A stretch of 61,255 bases of DNA, filler included, from Sphacelaria rigidula (lineage: Eukaryota), in NCBI GenBank assembly GCA_964200075.2. It is 10 parts of 10 records of this genome, joined end to end, with 100 filler letters (N's around TTAATTAATTAA, not from the genome) between each part and the next. Parts side by side here need not be neighbours in the genome. Positions count along the whole stretch, not along the records: positions 6,137 to 12,172 come from CAXNAA020022649.1; positions 12,273 to 18,308 come from CAXNAA020022650.1; positions 18,409 to 24,444 come from CAXNAA020022651.1; 7 more parts are not named here. One strand, given 5' to 3'. Shown here piece after piece: positions 11,854-24,360 of this stretch. Position numbers and translations under genes: made by a program. Numbering within the stretch: the stretch's first letter is position 1; each line of letters begins with the position of its first letter. The notes under the pieces were generated by a model. That model worked only from the letters and a program-made list of their open reading frames with translations, was not told where the DNA came from and searched no databases.

Positions 11854-14800
11854 CATTATATGAACCCCGATTTGGGAAAAAACCATGGTGCCATGATTTC
11901 AGAACAATTTCACCCGATTATATCTGGGGAAAAGTGAGGTCACCCCGATTTCGAGGAGGTGAAGTACGTGCACTGTGACGAAAAATGATAGAGTGCGAGG
12001 CGTTCGATATTTTTGCAACCGCAGCAGAAGAAAGTCTGTCTCGTGACAGGACGTACCTGCCCGCGCCAGCTGTTGCAGCAGCTTCACGGGCTTTGACGAG
12101 TGGATAATAAGCATTGAACAGGGTTGCCAGGAAAATGAGAAGGTATTTTGAAATGAGAATCCACCGCTCCCCNNNNNNNNNNNNNNNNNNNNNNNNNNNN
12201 NNNNNNNNNNNNNNNNTTAATTAATTAANNNNNNNNNNNNNNNNNNNNNNNNNNNNNNNNNNNNNNNNNNNNAGCGTAGGGGAGACATGTTGTATCCGCG
12301 CGTCGGCTTAGGTTCTTGTGGAGGCTGGTGCGACTGCGCTCAGCGCAATCTCCAGATGGGAGCCAACGGTCGGATACGTGAGGAGTCACACTGTTTTTGA
12401 ACGGGTGATTCATGAGGTTTTACCTACCCACCCCCCACAAGCTGGGTTGGGGGCGGGAGTGCATAATGTGACAAAATTCGAAAGCAACTGCACAAAGAAC
12501 CATTTTACCATTTAATTGCATTTCGGCCCCGGGGTCCGGGAGATAGCACCGGTCGGGGATATGGCACCGGGGTGTGCAAAAAAATCCGAGAAAAAAACAT
12601 TTAACAGTGTTGCGCCGATAAAAAAAAAAAAGGAAGCAGCTCGCATACAAGAATCGTTGTACACGACATGAGCTAGCACCAGCTACAAAGTAGTCGTACG
12701 TCGCACGGGTGGCAAGCCCTACGCGAAGGAGCACATGTCCAACAGGCGATACCGGTGGAAAGCTTTGTTCAAGGCGGAGTGTCGGTGCCAGTTGTCAGGT
12801 GAGAAGATGATTCGTTCCCCCGTTGGCCAGTCTGAACGGCGTTGCTCTGTATGGATTCCTCCTAGTCGGAAGGTCGTGTGATGGGACGCAGAGTGGTGAC
12901 AATCACGCTAGGAGTCGGGAGGCTGCATAGTGTGCATGGGGTAGTCTATGATGCATAGAATCTATCTGCAAAGAAAACTGTTCAGATTCGTGTGTGGGAC
13001 ATCACTCAAGAGGCGATTGACTGCAAGCATGTCTGGTGGTAGGCGGGCTGCAAATTGTATATAAAATCCAGTATAAAAGTTCATGGTTCACCACACAGCC
13101 CTGTCACCATGCGTGCTGTACTGAGATCTTGGGCAAATCGAAGATGTACCGGGACAGAATCTGCTTAGTTAAATTAGCGGGCGAAGCCCGCATCACGAGC
13201 CGAACCTCCCACACATAGATTACGGTAACCCAGAGTGAATTTACAGAAGCGCGACTGTAGCCGAGTGTTCAAACTCGGCACTGGCCCAAAATTGAAGACC
13301 TATCCACGATCAGACGGGGGACTAAAACATGGAACACGTCCTGTTTCACTGCTGTACCGCAGCAAAAACACTCAAGCCTTCCCTCATGTGTGGGAGCTTC
13401 CAATGTCTGTTGTGTTGTGGTTTGTTCACGTATTGCGAAGACGGTGTGGATTGCATGAGCTGCGATATTGTCGTTGTNNNNNNNNNCAGAAAACAATGTT
13501 AGTCGGCACGCAGTGCTGGCTGCACACTGTTGAAAGCTTCATGGGTGATTTGACTCTTTCGTCTTCGGTAAGACGAACAACGCGCTGTCCGTTGCTGCGA
13601 CACCTCTGCAGGTGCCGTGCGTTGAGCGCCTGTACTGTAACGTACTGTTGTACTGTGTTCGGTGTACAATACTGTATTATCTATGATACCGTATTTGTCT
13701 GAAATGCGCTACGAGCTGGACCGCACAACAGTTGGTTTTAGACTACTCCCCTGCCGATTCCCAAGCAAAATGGAGCGATATGATTGGTGAGTTATCGAGC
13801 GATCTGTCCCGCTCCAAATGCAGTCTGCCAGATCTTACAACAGTATTGCATACAGTAACGTGCCGCAAAATACTACACGCCTAGTCCACGGTCTAGTACG
13901 GGATGTTATGGTATGGCGACGCAAAGGTCACTGTTGCGTGCTGGGCTGTGCTGTTGTGTTGGTACTCGAGTGTCATGTTGCCACCGTCATGTAATGTACT
14001 GAACAGTGAACTGCACGTTCCGGCAGTGTTGGACGACAGACGGTACTTAACACGCTTTGCTGCGGAGCGGTCTTCCGTCGTGTGCTGCACTGGACTGTAT
14101 CGTGAAGTGCTGTCCTGTACTGATGAGGGTGCTCCGCGATGACGTGCGGGGTCGTGTGCAAGGACCACAAATAACACGCCGCGGAGTGCTGCCCGACAGT
14201 GTCGTGTGTAGTACTCAACTGTAATCCACTCCGGTGTGATGTACTGAAAACGATCGCGAAGCGTGCGCTACGGAGCTGCCCTCTGTTATTCTCTAAGGCA
14301 CCGGACTGCTTTCTACTTCGCTGCCCCGTTCTGTAAGGGGGCGTGCACCTTCCACTATCACGTGCTGTTCGGTATCACCACGTGCACCTGTATCCTGTGC
14401 TGCACTGTATAGTGTTTTCCGTTACATTACTGTCCTGTAGTGTACGATATGGCCGGGCTCCAGAAGAAGGCACTCCTGTGTGTTGGCCATTGCCGTGGTG
14501 AACGCATCGGTAGACGGCCCTGACTGTTGGAAGCTTCGTGGCGCCCGTCCTCACCCACTGGTGTTCACAATTTACCTCCAGGTCTGTCAACATGAACACG
14601 CCCTGCGAGGAATCTCGCCGGATACGGCAGCGGTCACCCGAAGACGAAGTAGATGGCGCTGCCACCCCGGTGAGAGACACCCCCCTCTTGACATGCACAA
14701 GATACCTTTCATGATCTCCCGCCGCATTCGATATTGTGCCGAAAAGGGGGCACACCGGAGTCGCTGCAGTATTTCCTCCAACATCATGGGGTCTTACGCC

Positions 14801-14956
14801 ATATGTCGGCAACTATGCAGTAGTGGGCGCCTGAAGTGTTTGGAGTTTTTTGGGGGGTTTTGTAGCATGATGCTCTTCGATATAACTGTTGAGTTCCGGC
14901 GTCGGTATATGTTGATAAATTGAAAAGATCGTCCTCAAAACGCAGTGCCCAAATAG

Positions 14957-15257
14957 AACAGCGTTTGCGTGATATCGAAGTGGAGGGCACGATTGAGAAT
15001 GATGAGCGGTAATTTACTGAATGGACAGCCTCAGTTCCGAAATGCCCCGCCATGGGGCCCAATATGCCACCTGCAGTTTCTTACGACCGAAGCCCTTGAT
15101 ATCCTTGGGTACGACATCGATGTGTTGCTGTAAGCACACGCCAGTTTTACAGGCGAAGAAAAGCACACACATAACGAGAATTTGGTCAAGTTGAAGCGAA
15201 TGATCGAACCTACTCTCAATCGAGGCTCTACTTTCAAAGTAACGAAAACTTGAGGTT
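14957..15257. mobile_element. Diverged copy of the 300-bp AACA MITE
   Basis: Colinear with 6970-7269 (CCGAAAT.CCCC, GCCCTTGATA, GCTGTAAGCACACGC, ACTCTCAATC). Starts AACAGCGTTTGCGTGA; right end decayed, TSD not clear. Confidence 0.7.
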
Positions 15258-17416
15258 AGTGTGGTATGGTGGAATGGGGCAATACGACTAAAAATCCCGT
15301 TACTCTGGAGGGTGTTACTGACCGTGAAGCACAGCTGTTCGGCTGTGGTGCGATGAGTACGCACAAATTCTAATTAACAAATCCGTGCATTGCTTCATAC
15401 ATTGCTTCACAAATACGATCGGAACAGGCTCGATCAACCGAAAACACCACAGTGTCAACACCTCGGCTGCAACGTGGCGTATTTTCCCCAACAACTGGAC
15501 GATTTTCGCGGCGACTGAAAAAAATCAGTATCCGGTCAAAAGCAAAACTGGGCGTCGAAATAATCGCAAAAGTGCGCTGGAATCCTCGTGAAACGTGTAG
15601 CAAATGTTTCATAGGAGGCCAAATCCGCCAAGGCCCGTATTCCGCCTGTAATCCGTGACGAAGGGTTCAAAAGGGCAGTTCTCAGACAGATTTATTTTTC
15701 AGTCTAGAAGAAGTGGCCTTAGATTGCCAAGCTCTACTCCTTGACGCGGTTTCACGATGTATAGGTGTTCAGCGATGGGCTTTATTTTTCTTGGTGCACA
15801 AGCATACATTTCTGTCGAAGTACTATCACGAACATTCCAATGTAGAAAATATCGCCATTTTTTTGTAGTCTTTACCGTCTGTGGACCAGACAGCTGGTTT
15901 CGTAAAAAAAAAAATGCTGCCACCGGAGGACGCTTCTCCGTGGTGAAACCCCCAACACGAGGCGAGGATCTCATTCCGACATGTAAGACTTCGCCTCCTT
16001 TAGGGGCGTCAACCGCCGAAGAAGGACCGCAAAAACATTCATCCATATCTTTCTCTTTGATTCTACAACGAGCACCGTCAGCTGCGCCACGGAAAAACAA
16101 AGAAGGCCGCGCAAACTTATCGGATCCACTCAAAAGTGCAGACATCGTCTGTGTCACCTTTCTCGTGATACGTAATACTTCGCTGTTACGCTTTTCTCCA
16201 TCTGTAGCGTCTGTGCTTACAACGATGGATCCGAATAGAGAATACACCTCACGTACTTCGGTATATTGGTGGTATGCTCCTTGCACTCTGTCACCACGGG
16301 TTCGAGAGATCGAGCTAATGTGATGGATATGATGATAATAATAATAATATAACTTCACACTCGATGCGAGTGAAGAACGGATCGCGCCGAGGGGAGGAAA
16401 ACACAATCAGTTGCGTCGTTTGAAGGAGTCGTTGGAGGGGGGCTCCAGCGTCATTTCGCTGTTGCAGCCATGCAGACACTGGCCATGTCAGTACCATCCT
16501 CTCGTGTAACACCCGTGATGCATAATTTCAACACGAGACGACACTTGTTCCATCGTCCGACTGCATTGCCCCGTGCTTGCCGTCGGTCGCGCCTTTTCCA
16601 TCAGGTTACCGCAGGGATTAGCGCCGAGGGGTGTCGCGGATGATGTACATGAGCTCAGAATGGCGCCAGGCTGGATACGGTGTGCGTTCCTACCTATGCT
16701 CAGCGAATTGGTCACCCGTGTTTGAAGCGTTGGTTAGGCATTTGATTTATATTCCTGCGGCTTTTGTGACGGAGTCGGTTGCAGGTGCATGCAATAGCCC
16801 GCTATCGATCGACGCCGGAGCGGAGTCCGTCCTGGCGCCACCACTTGAAATGCAGGTCGCAGTTGTTTTTGTCATGGCAACGGTTTGAGGGCTATGTGAA
16901 GATAAGTTGGAGAGTCAGGTCCTTGCTGACGACAGTGAAGGCAGCACATAGGGTTGACTTCTTCTGGAAGTGCTCTGTGGGGTATATCGTCTTCCTTCAT
17001 GGTGCTTCCGAAGAAGAAAAAAGAAAACACCGGTAAATTCCCTTCTGAACCAAAGCTGGCGTGAGCGGAGCGCGCTTCCATGCTCCGACAGACGACCAGA
17101 CTGGAATGTTAGAAAACAAAAACGTGCAGTCGTTGACGTCGTGTCAGTCGACAAAATATCCCCAGACACCCCACGGGGCAACGTGAAAACAAATTCTGGA
17201 CACGTAGGCCCCAAGATCGAAATTTCGACATTTTGATGGGGGGGGGGGGCGACCCCAGCCGTTCGTCGCCTGGTTTGTTGCCGAAGCTTTGGCGGATGCG
17301 GTCAGCCGCTGTCAACAGAGGTGCTTGGGACGGGGACCTGATGCCGTCGGGACAGAACGGGCAAGGAGCAGAAGCAATTATATTACCCCCGAAAAGCCTC
17401 GTGAATTTTGTGTTTA

Positions 17417-18190
17417 TGTCAGTGTTCATTGATCAATCTCTTGCAATAAAATGAAAGAGAAAAAATATATCAGGAGATTTTTCGAAAAGATGCCCTCTGG
17501 CATCTGAGGTCATCGGGATAGAGGGGGCAAGGAGCAGGAGCAGGTAAACAAACCTCGCAAAGCCCACCAGACTCATCGGTTTTGCCAGCGTTTATTAATC
17601 AGTTTCCTGCAACAAAATTAAAGAGGAAAATAATATATCAGGAGATTTTTCGAAAAGATGCCCTCCGGCATCTGAGGTCATCGGGACACAGGGAGCAAGG
17701 AGCAGGAGCAGATAAACAAACCTCGCGAAGACCACCAAACTTTTCGGCTTTGTCAGCGTTCATTGACACATTTCTTGTAACAAAGTTAACGGGGGGAAAA
17801 AATATCAGGAGAGTTTCGAAAAGATGTCATCTGAGGCCACCGGGACAGAGGGGGCAAGGAGCAGGAGCAGATACACAAACCTCGCAAAGCCCACCAGACT
17901 TTTCAGACAAACAAACCCCGCAAAGCCCACCAGACTTTTCGGTTTGTCAGCATTTATTGATCAATTTCTTGCAACAAAGGTGACGACAGAAATGAAGATC
18001 AGGGCAATTTTCGAAAATTTGCCCTCCGGCATCTGAGATCACCAGGACAGAGGGGGCAAGGAGCAAGAGCAGATAAACAAACCCCGCAAAGCCCACCAGA
18101 CTTTTCGGTTTTGTCAGCATTTATTGATCAACTTCTTGCAACAAAGTTGACGACAAAAATGAAGAAAATCATGAACTTTTTCGGAAAATT
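17417..18190. repeat. ~167-bp tandem repeat, about 4.5 units
   Basis: Unit starts at 17417, 17583, 17751, 17945 and 18112. Shared core GCCCTCCGGCATCTGAGGTCATCGGGACAGAGGGGGCAAGGAGCAGGAGCAGATAAACAAACC. Confidence 0.9.
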
Positions 18191-18408
18191 GCTCTCCGGG
18201 GGAGGGGGGGGGGGCGGGGGGGGGGGCGGGGGGGGGGGATAAGTGTCCCGCAAATTTCCCTGGGCCCCCCCCCCGCCCCTCCCCCCCCCCGTTCCCCCCC
18301 AGCTCTCCNNNNNNNNNNNNNNNNNNNNNNNNNNNNNNNNNNNNNNNNNNNNTTAATTAATTAANNNNNNNNNNNNNNNNNNNNNNNNNNNNNNNNNNNN
18401 NNNNNNNN

Positions 18409-18459
18409 GTTTTACAGGTATCTCACCACGAGACCCCAACCTCCATGTGGATTTGACAT
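18409..18459 (-). mobile_element. 5' head of a second C-tailed LINE copy, cut by the scaffold edge
   Basis: Near-identical to 23064-23114 (GGTATCTCACCACGAGACCCCAACCTC.ATGTG.ATTT.ACAT followed by a G run). Confidence 0.75.
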
Positions 18460-18516
18460 GGAGGGGGACGATAGGGGGACGGATCATGTGGGGAGGGGGG
18501 GGGAAGGGGGGGGTTC

Positions 18517-18581
18517 GTACTCATTTGTTACTTGCCTTAGTTGTTGTACCATTGTTCAAGCATCCCTTTCGAGACGGAGCA
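18517..18581 (-). mobile_element. 5'-truncated 3' end of the C-tailed LINE
   Basis: Direct repeat of 18607-18671, bounded by CATG-G-run sequences on both sides. Confidence 0.85.
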
Positions 18582-18606
18582 TGGGGGAAGGGCGGGAGGA
18601 GGGGGG

Positions 18607-21600
18607 CGTGCTCATTTGTTCCTTGCCTTAGTCGTTTGATCATTGACCACGCACCCCGTTCGAGACGGAGCGCCGTTCCTACTCCCAATAGAGACACCTC
18701 CAACATTCCGGCGCTCATTACGTTTTCTCCATACATTACAAAAAACATTTTACATATCTTATCTCCGTCCTGTTTCGCCGTCTGTGGCCACCATCTATCT
18801 CCTAGTCTAGCCATCGCTTCTCGCTACTGTCTAATGCATCAAAGGGTTTCATGCCACCTTCGTTCACGTCCCGCATTTCCCCCTCTAGCGCGTCGCGTTC
18901 CTCATTGTACACTTCACATTCTGCCACTATATGACTTGTGCTCTCTATGCTTTGCCACAGTGGCAATTCTGTTTATCTACTTCCTCCTCCTTTCGATGAC
19001 TGGTGTCTTTCTTCTTTCTGGCAGGTCTAGGTCCCCAACCCGAACTCACCGTTTCTTATTTTACGCAGCGTCCATTGGTCCATGCAAACATGCTTTCATT
19101 CGGATCCCCTCTCTCAACCGCCCGTATATCTCCAGGTGTTCTTCCTCGTCTACCTTGCGTCTGCGTGCTCATTTTCCCCTTATTTCCATCATATTATCAT
19201 ATCTCTTACTTTTGCCTTGTACCCCGCGTCTTCATCTATGGACAGCATTTCGTCTTGGTTTCCTCCCGTCGCATCCATAGTTCCACGACTTCTTGATCCC
19301 ACCTTATTCCAGCGTTCCCTGTCGTACTTTTCTGAGATACAGCCTTATCAACTATAGCGGGTAATATGTTTTCTCTGCATGTTCTTTACGCTATATTGCC
19401 ACCTCGATTTCCTCATGTCTCTGTTTGAAGTGAGTACATTCCCAACTGTGCTCTCAGCTGTATTACTCGTCGTTTTCGAGAACCCAAGTATCTTCTTAGC
19501 TGCCGCCGTCTGTACTGTTTCCAACTTCTCCACCAACTTCGCGTTCCCCTGCAATACTTCTCCTGTATATTCCAGCTTTGGTACGATCACGTTCATCAGG
19601 ATACATCTCTTGATTCTCGTGTCAAGGTGCGGGTCTCTAAGGATCACGTCCACCCTACCTATCTATGCCTTTCCCTTTTCTATTACTGTTTTTATGTGTG
19701 CATCCCAAGAACAAATCCTTGGGATCTCTACGCCGAGGTACGTATACTGGTTGGTCTACGATCGGCAGTTCCTCTTTTCCTCACTTCTATTTGAAGTCTA
19801 TCGTCTGATCCCAGCTTTTCACGGCTTTTTCCACAACCCATTCCTCCATACTGTGTCATAAGCCTGTTTCACGTCCAGGAAGAAATAGTACTTTTGTCAG
19901 CCCGGTGTATTTCCTACCCTGAAGAACCTTACTTGGTATGTACACATAGTCTACGCAGCTACGGTTTGGTCTACATCCTGATTGTCCCTCGCTGATTTTG
20001 TCTTCCTTTTCTAGCACCGTTCCTACTCTATCGTTCAGAATCTTACAGAATGCTTTCCCGACCGTGCTCAGTAGCGTTACCCCTCCATAGTTTCCTGGGT
20101 CAGCCTTGTCTCCTTTTTGAAAAGGTTGGCAACTACTCCTTCTCTCCGTCTCTCGGATGTACTCGTTGTCCCAGATCCAATTGTACAGCATCACCATCAT
20201 GGTATTCACTCCCTCTCCCCCGTACTTCAGAAATTCATTCACTTTTTTGTCTACCCCTGCTGCGTTTTTGTTCTTGAGTTTAGCTACGCACTCATTTACT
20301 TCATCTCTGATGAACTCTCTCTGTGCTTCTTTCGAGCCTCTATCCTCCCATTTTGACTTCTCTACATTATTTGCCGCTGCCCATGCGTTGATTGATTTTT
20401 CGAATTCCATGTCGAATTTCGTGGTTGTTTCTGGTGTTCCTAGTTTTCGGTAATGCTCGACTAGCACTTCTCTCCTTCCCTTCGAACTACTGACCATTTT
20501 ACCGTTCTGCGCCCGGAGTATAGCTATCCCCTTGTCCATCTTTCCTGCATGGTTTCTCGTTATCCCCTTTATCCCTGCCCACATTCATTTCATTCCGCCG
20601 TCGAAATCTTTTTTTGTTTTATTCGTTACACTTTCCCATACTTCCTTCTTTTCTGTTGTACCATACTTTTTACTTCCTTTCGAGCTTTAGTATACTCATC
20701 CCATCCTGCCGTAGTTTCACTCGATATCTATCTCGCGTGGGCCTCCCTCCTTCCTCTTACGGCGTCTTTCACTTCCTCATCCCACTATTTTCCTGCTCTG
20801 TTGCATATGATCAGTTTCCTCTCTATGACTCTACTCGCTGTGTTCTTGACCAGCTGCTCCCATACTTCTAGGATCTTCTCTCCTGCCCGATTTCTTTCCA
20901 TTTCGGTATCGACTTCTCCTACGCGTTCCAACAGCTCGGACAATTTCACCGCATATTTGGCCATCTCTTCTTCGAAGTCTCGCTGGGTTTTTTTTCATAT
21001 CTAGTTTATCGATTATCCAGTTGTACAACTTGCTACCCCGCCTATTTCTTTGAGATCTCGTTTGTTGGCTTTCTGTCCATATTAAGCAATGATCTGTAAA
21101 TCATTCGTCCTCCGCTCACACATGCACTTTTCTTTACCAATCCCATGCTCTACCACTATATAGTCAAGAAGGGGGCGCTCTATCTCGTTTGTGTATTCTC
21201 TAGTCCATGTCCATTGCGCCTGTGGCTTTTGTGCTCTATCATTCAGCGTCTTCATCTCGATATGGTCGAGCAGCTTGCGCATTTTCCACATTCGTGTTCT
21301 ACTTATCTTCCCCGTATTGCCGAATGATATCATCCGGTTGACCTGCTCTTCCTACTCTTGCATTCAAATCTCCACCAACATTACTTCTCCTTGCCTTTTG
21401 TACTTATGTACATCTGCTGCTGTCTCTCCAAACCTCCGTTGTATACCGCTTACCTTACTCTTCGATTCTGGGGGCATGTAGATGTTACCTACGAAGAAGT
21501 GCTTCGTTCTCCGCTCTCCTGGTACTCTTAGCTATATGCTCTCGTCAAATTTCGCGTCGTCGATCACTTCTATACTACCAGATAGATATTCCTTGACTAA

Positions 21601-23114
21601 GAATCCTGCCCCCGCCGCTCCCCTGCTCTTGAACTTCTAACCCTTTTGCGTTTTCCCTATCCATGCGTACTCTTCAACTTTGGATCCCATTTCCGCCCCC
21701 TCTTTCTCCTATGACTCTGGGATTCCTACTATATCCAGGTCGTGTTAACTCACTTGTCACGCTATCTCTTCTCCTTTGCGCTTGTCTGTGGCAAATCGCC
21801 ACACTTTCCACGACCCTGTTCTTAACTTCCTTTTCGAATCATCATCCACTCTCGTGTTGTCTACTGTTCTCTCTCCGTCGCTTTTAATTATATTTCCCTT
21901 CTTTGGTTGTTTTTCCTGTTTCTACGCTGGCCTTTGTCTATTCGCTTCGGGCCGCTATATCCTCTGCCTTTCCCCTTCCGGGCACTCGCCTGCTCCTGCC
22001 TTCCTCCCCCTCCGTTTAACCGTGGACTACGCCCTAGGTTTGTTGTTCCATTTAGCTATGCATACTCTCCACCCTACCCTTCTAACCCATGCCGACACCC
22101 TACTTGTCTCTACCCTTTCCGACTCCTTGCTCGCGATCTGTTTTAGTGTGACTTGAAAGTGTTCTCCCTCCCGTCCTACTTTTCCTCCTGCCAAACACCA
22201 CAATCTAATCCCACTGCATCTCATTTGAAACCCTATCCTCGCCATATCGCTACGGACTCCGAATACCAGCACTACTAGTACTCTCCGCGTCCACTCTCTA
22301 CTTCTCCATTCGCCCTTTCCTTACCCTCTCTCTCTCTCTCGATCTCTTTCGACAGAATCTCCCGCGTAATCGTTACGAGTGTATTGGTGGGATGTACCCA
22401 ACGTACTTGGACATCCCAATCCTTGTACATGTTGTGGGGGGTCTGGTGCCTTTCAGTTCTTTTGCTGGCTTACCGACACTAAATGATGCCTCCAACACGT
22501 GCTCGTAGCCTAAAGCCAAGTTCAACACCTTCAACACAAGTATACCCGAAGTTTCCGCCAGGCGATCTTTATGGTAAACCATCCAGACGTCCCACGATCG
22601 TATCGTCCATCTTCTTGTCCCTCTGCTCGACTGGTTACTTTCCTCCAGGAAGGTCATTTTTACCGTGCAAGGTTCAAGGACGGTTTGCATAACACAAGGT
22701 CTCGTTCACATCGGGATCTCCCGTACATGACTTTTCCCACTCCGTGTACGGTTCACTATGAAACGCTACTTCACTAATACTTCCGAGTATACCTTCGCCG
22801 CCGGAAGCTTGGTCAACGGTTCCCCCACACTTTGTACTAGCCTCTATTTTTCAAGATCTCAAGAAGCCTACGTACTGCTCGGTGCTCTTTCTCGTAGGTC
22901 ATGTGGTTGGTCGTTGGTAAAGCGTGTGTTCCATTAATGCAGTATGTCTTGACGTTTATAGCATGCGTTGTCCACCCCTTCCCTCATTAGGCGCCTTACC
23001 TAATGTCGGAAATTTGAGGAAAAAGGCTGACCAGATTTCCACCGCCTGCTGAAAAGCTGTTAGGTTTAACGGGTATCTCACCACGAGACCCCAACCTCAA
23101 TGTGAATTTCACAT
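18607..23114 (-). mobile_element. Near full-length degenerate non-LTR retrotransposon (APE endonuclease + RT + CCHC finger; RTE/RTEX-like, clade unresolved)
   Basis: APE motifs (DLDIVGI.ES, GAGFLVK, FVGNIYMPP, LLDYIVV) at about 21750-21080. RT motifs (KLKNKNAAGVD, EFLKYGGE, KGDKADPGNYGGVTLLSTVGK, QSGCRPNRSC, YDTVWRNGL, YTYLGV) at about 20300-19700. C-terminal CHCG...SHIVAEC. ORF ends at TGA followed by a C run. The QG/FADD core is deleted in this copy, with many frameshifts. Inclusion of 22370-23114 is inferred from the matching head at 18409-18459. Confidence 0.9.
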
Positions 23115-23274
23115 GGGGGAAGTAGTGATGACCCTACCCTTTCCGTACTTGTTATGTGTTATGTATTTTTTGTATTCTCGATTGGCATGTAAGGTGGTCA
23201 GCCTTAACGCTATTACTTACTCTGCCCAGGTTTGCTTTTATTCTTGTTTATCTTTGTTATGACATGGAGGGAAG

Positions 23275-23478
23275 TGTAACGCGTGAGAGGACCGCGTGCT
23301 TAGAGGACCGCGCCGAAGTACAAAACACCTCAGGATCGACGTTTTTCAAAACCAACCGGGCCAGTCCCTGCATATACTACGCCCTTGACCATGACCCCGA
23401 CACTAACCCTAACCCTAACCATAGGGATATTCAAATTCCGATGCGATCCTCTAAGCACGCGTCCTCTCACGCATTACA
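23275..23478. mobile_element. 204-bp MITE with TGT...ACA termini and 5-bp TSD GGAAG (Ginger2/TDD-like)
   Basis: ~37-bp TIR TGTAA(C/T)GCGTGAGAGGACCGCGTGCTTAGAGGA. GGAAG at 23270-23274 and 23479-23483. Internal CTAACCCTAACCCTAACC. Confidence 0.88.
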
Positions 23479-23519
23479 GGAAGAATGTCGGCTACTTCCC
23501 GTCTTTACATAGGAAAGTA

Positions 23520-24075
23520 TATCTGTTTTTATCGCTATTTGACGTCTACATCCGGGCTGTGTTATGGTAAGTTGAAGAAAATGGGAGCTTAGCTTCGTCA
23601 TTCGATGTCTATGTCCGGGCTGAGTTATGGTAGGTCAAAGAAAAAGCAGGGTTAGCTTTTCCATTTCATGTCTATGTCGGGGCTGTGCTGTGGTAGGTGC
23701 AAAAAAGAGGAGGGTTATCTTTTCTATTTCATGTCTGTATCCGGGCTGTGTTCTGGTAGGTTGAAGAAAATGCAAGGTTAGCTTCTCTATTTCATGTCAA
23801 TGTCCAGGCTGTGTTATGGTAGGCTGAAAGAAAAAGGAGGGCCAGCTTCTACTTTTCATGTCTATATCCGGGCTGTGTTCTGGTGAGTCAGAGAAGAAGT
23901 GGGGTTAGCTTTTTTATTTCATGTCTTTGTCCGGGCTGTGTTCTGGTAGGTTGAAGAAAACGACGGTTAGCTTCTCCATTCCATGTTATGTCCGGGCTGT
24001 GTTATGGTAGGTTACAGAAAAACGATGGTCAGCTTCTCCATTCCATGTCTATGTCCGGGTTGTGTTATGGTAGAA
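23520..24075. repeat. ~63-bp minisatellite, 9 units
   Basis: Variants of the core CCGGGCTGTGTTATGGTAGG recur at 23552, 23615, 23678, 23741, 23804, 23868, 23931, 23992 and 24055. Confidence 0.92.
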
Positions 24076-24334
24076 AGAAAACAAACCATTGGTATATCAT
24101 GTCTATAACCATATTGTGTTATTATGGAGGGAAACCAAATTGGTTATTTAATTTTTTGCATATCTTTTGTGTTTGTCGGTCCGGGACTTTTTTTTTATTA
24201 GTGGCGATTTTTGGTACAGGTACGGTGACAAACTGTACATTTTGTGTCTGGGTTCTGGTGGCTTGTTTTTTACAGCGTCGTTACCACTCGACGCCACCCC
24301 AAGAGTCTAGCGGTGAGGGAGGGGGGGGGGGGGG

Positions 24335-24360
24335 CGTACTCATTTGTTGCTTGCAATGGT
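24335..24360 (-). mobile_element. ~26-bp insertion of the C-tailed LINE 3' end with a perfect 20-bp TSD
   Basis: CGGTGAGGGAGGGGGGGGGG at 24311-24330 and 24361-24380 flanks GGGG-CGTACTCATTTGTTGCTTGCAATGGT. Confidence 0.88.

Noticed and set aside
10340..12048. TGTCACGAG...CTCGTGACA as the two ends of one LTR
   Set aside because: A 9-bp match over 1.7 kb with no second LTR or TSD could be chance.
23403..23420. Chromosome end
   Set aside because: Three telomere-type units internal to a MITE.
23520..24075. CRISPR array
   Set aside because: The spacer-like parts are mutually homologous, the repeats are not identical, there are no cas genes, and the context is eukaryotic.
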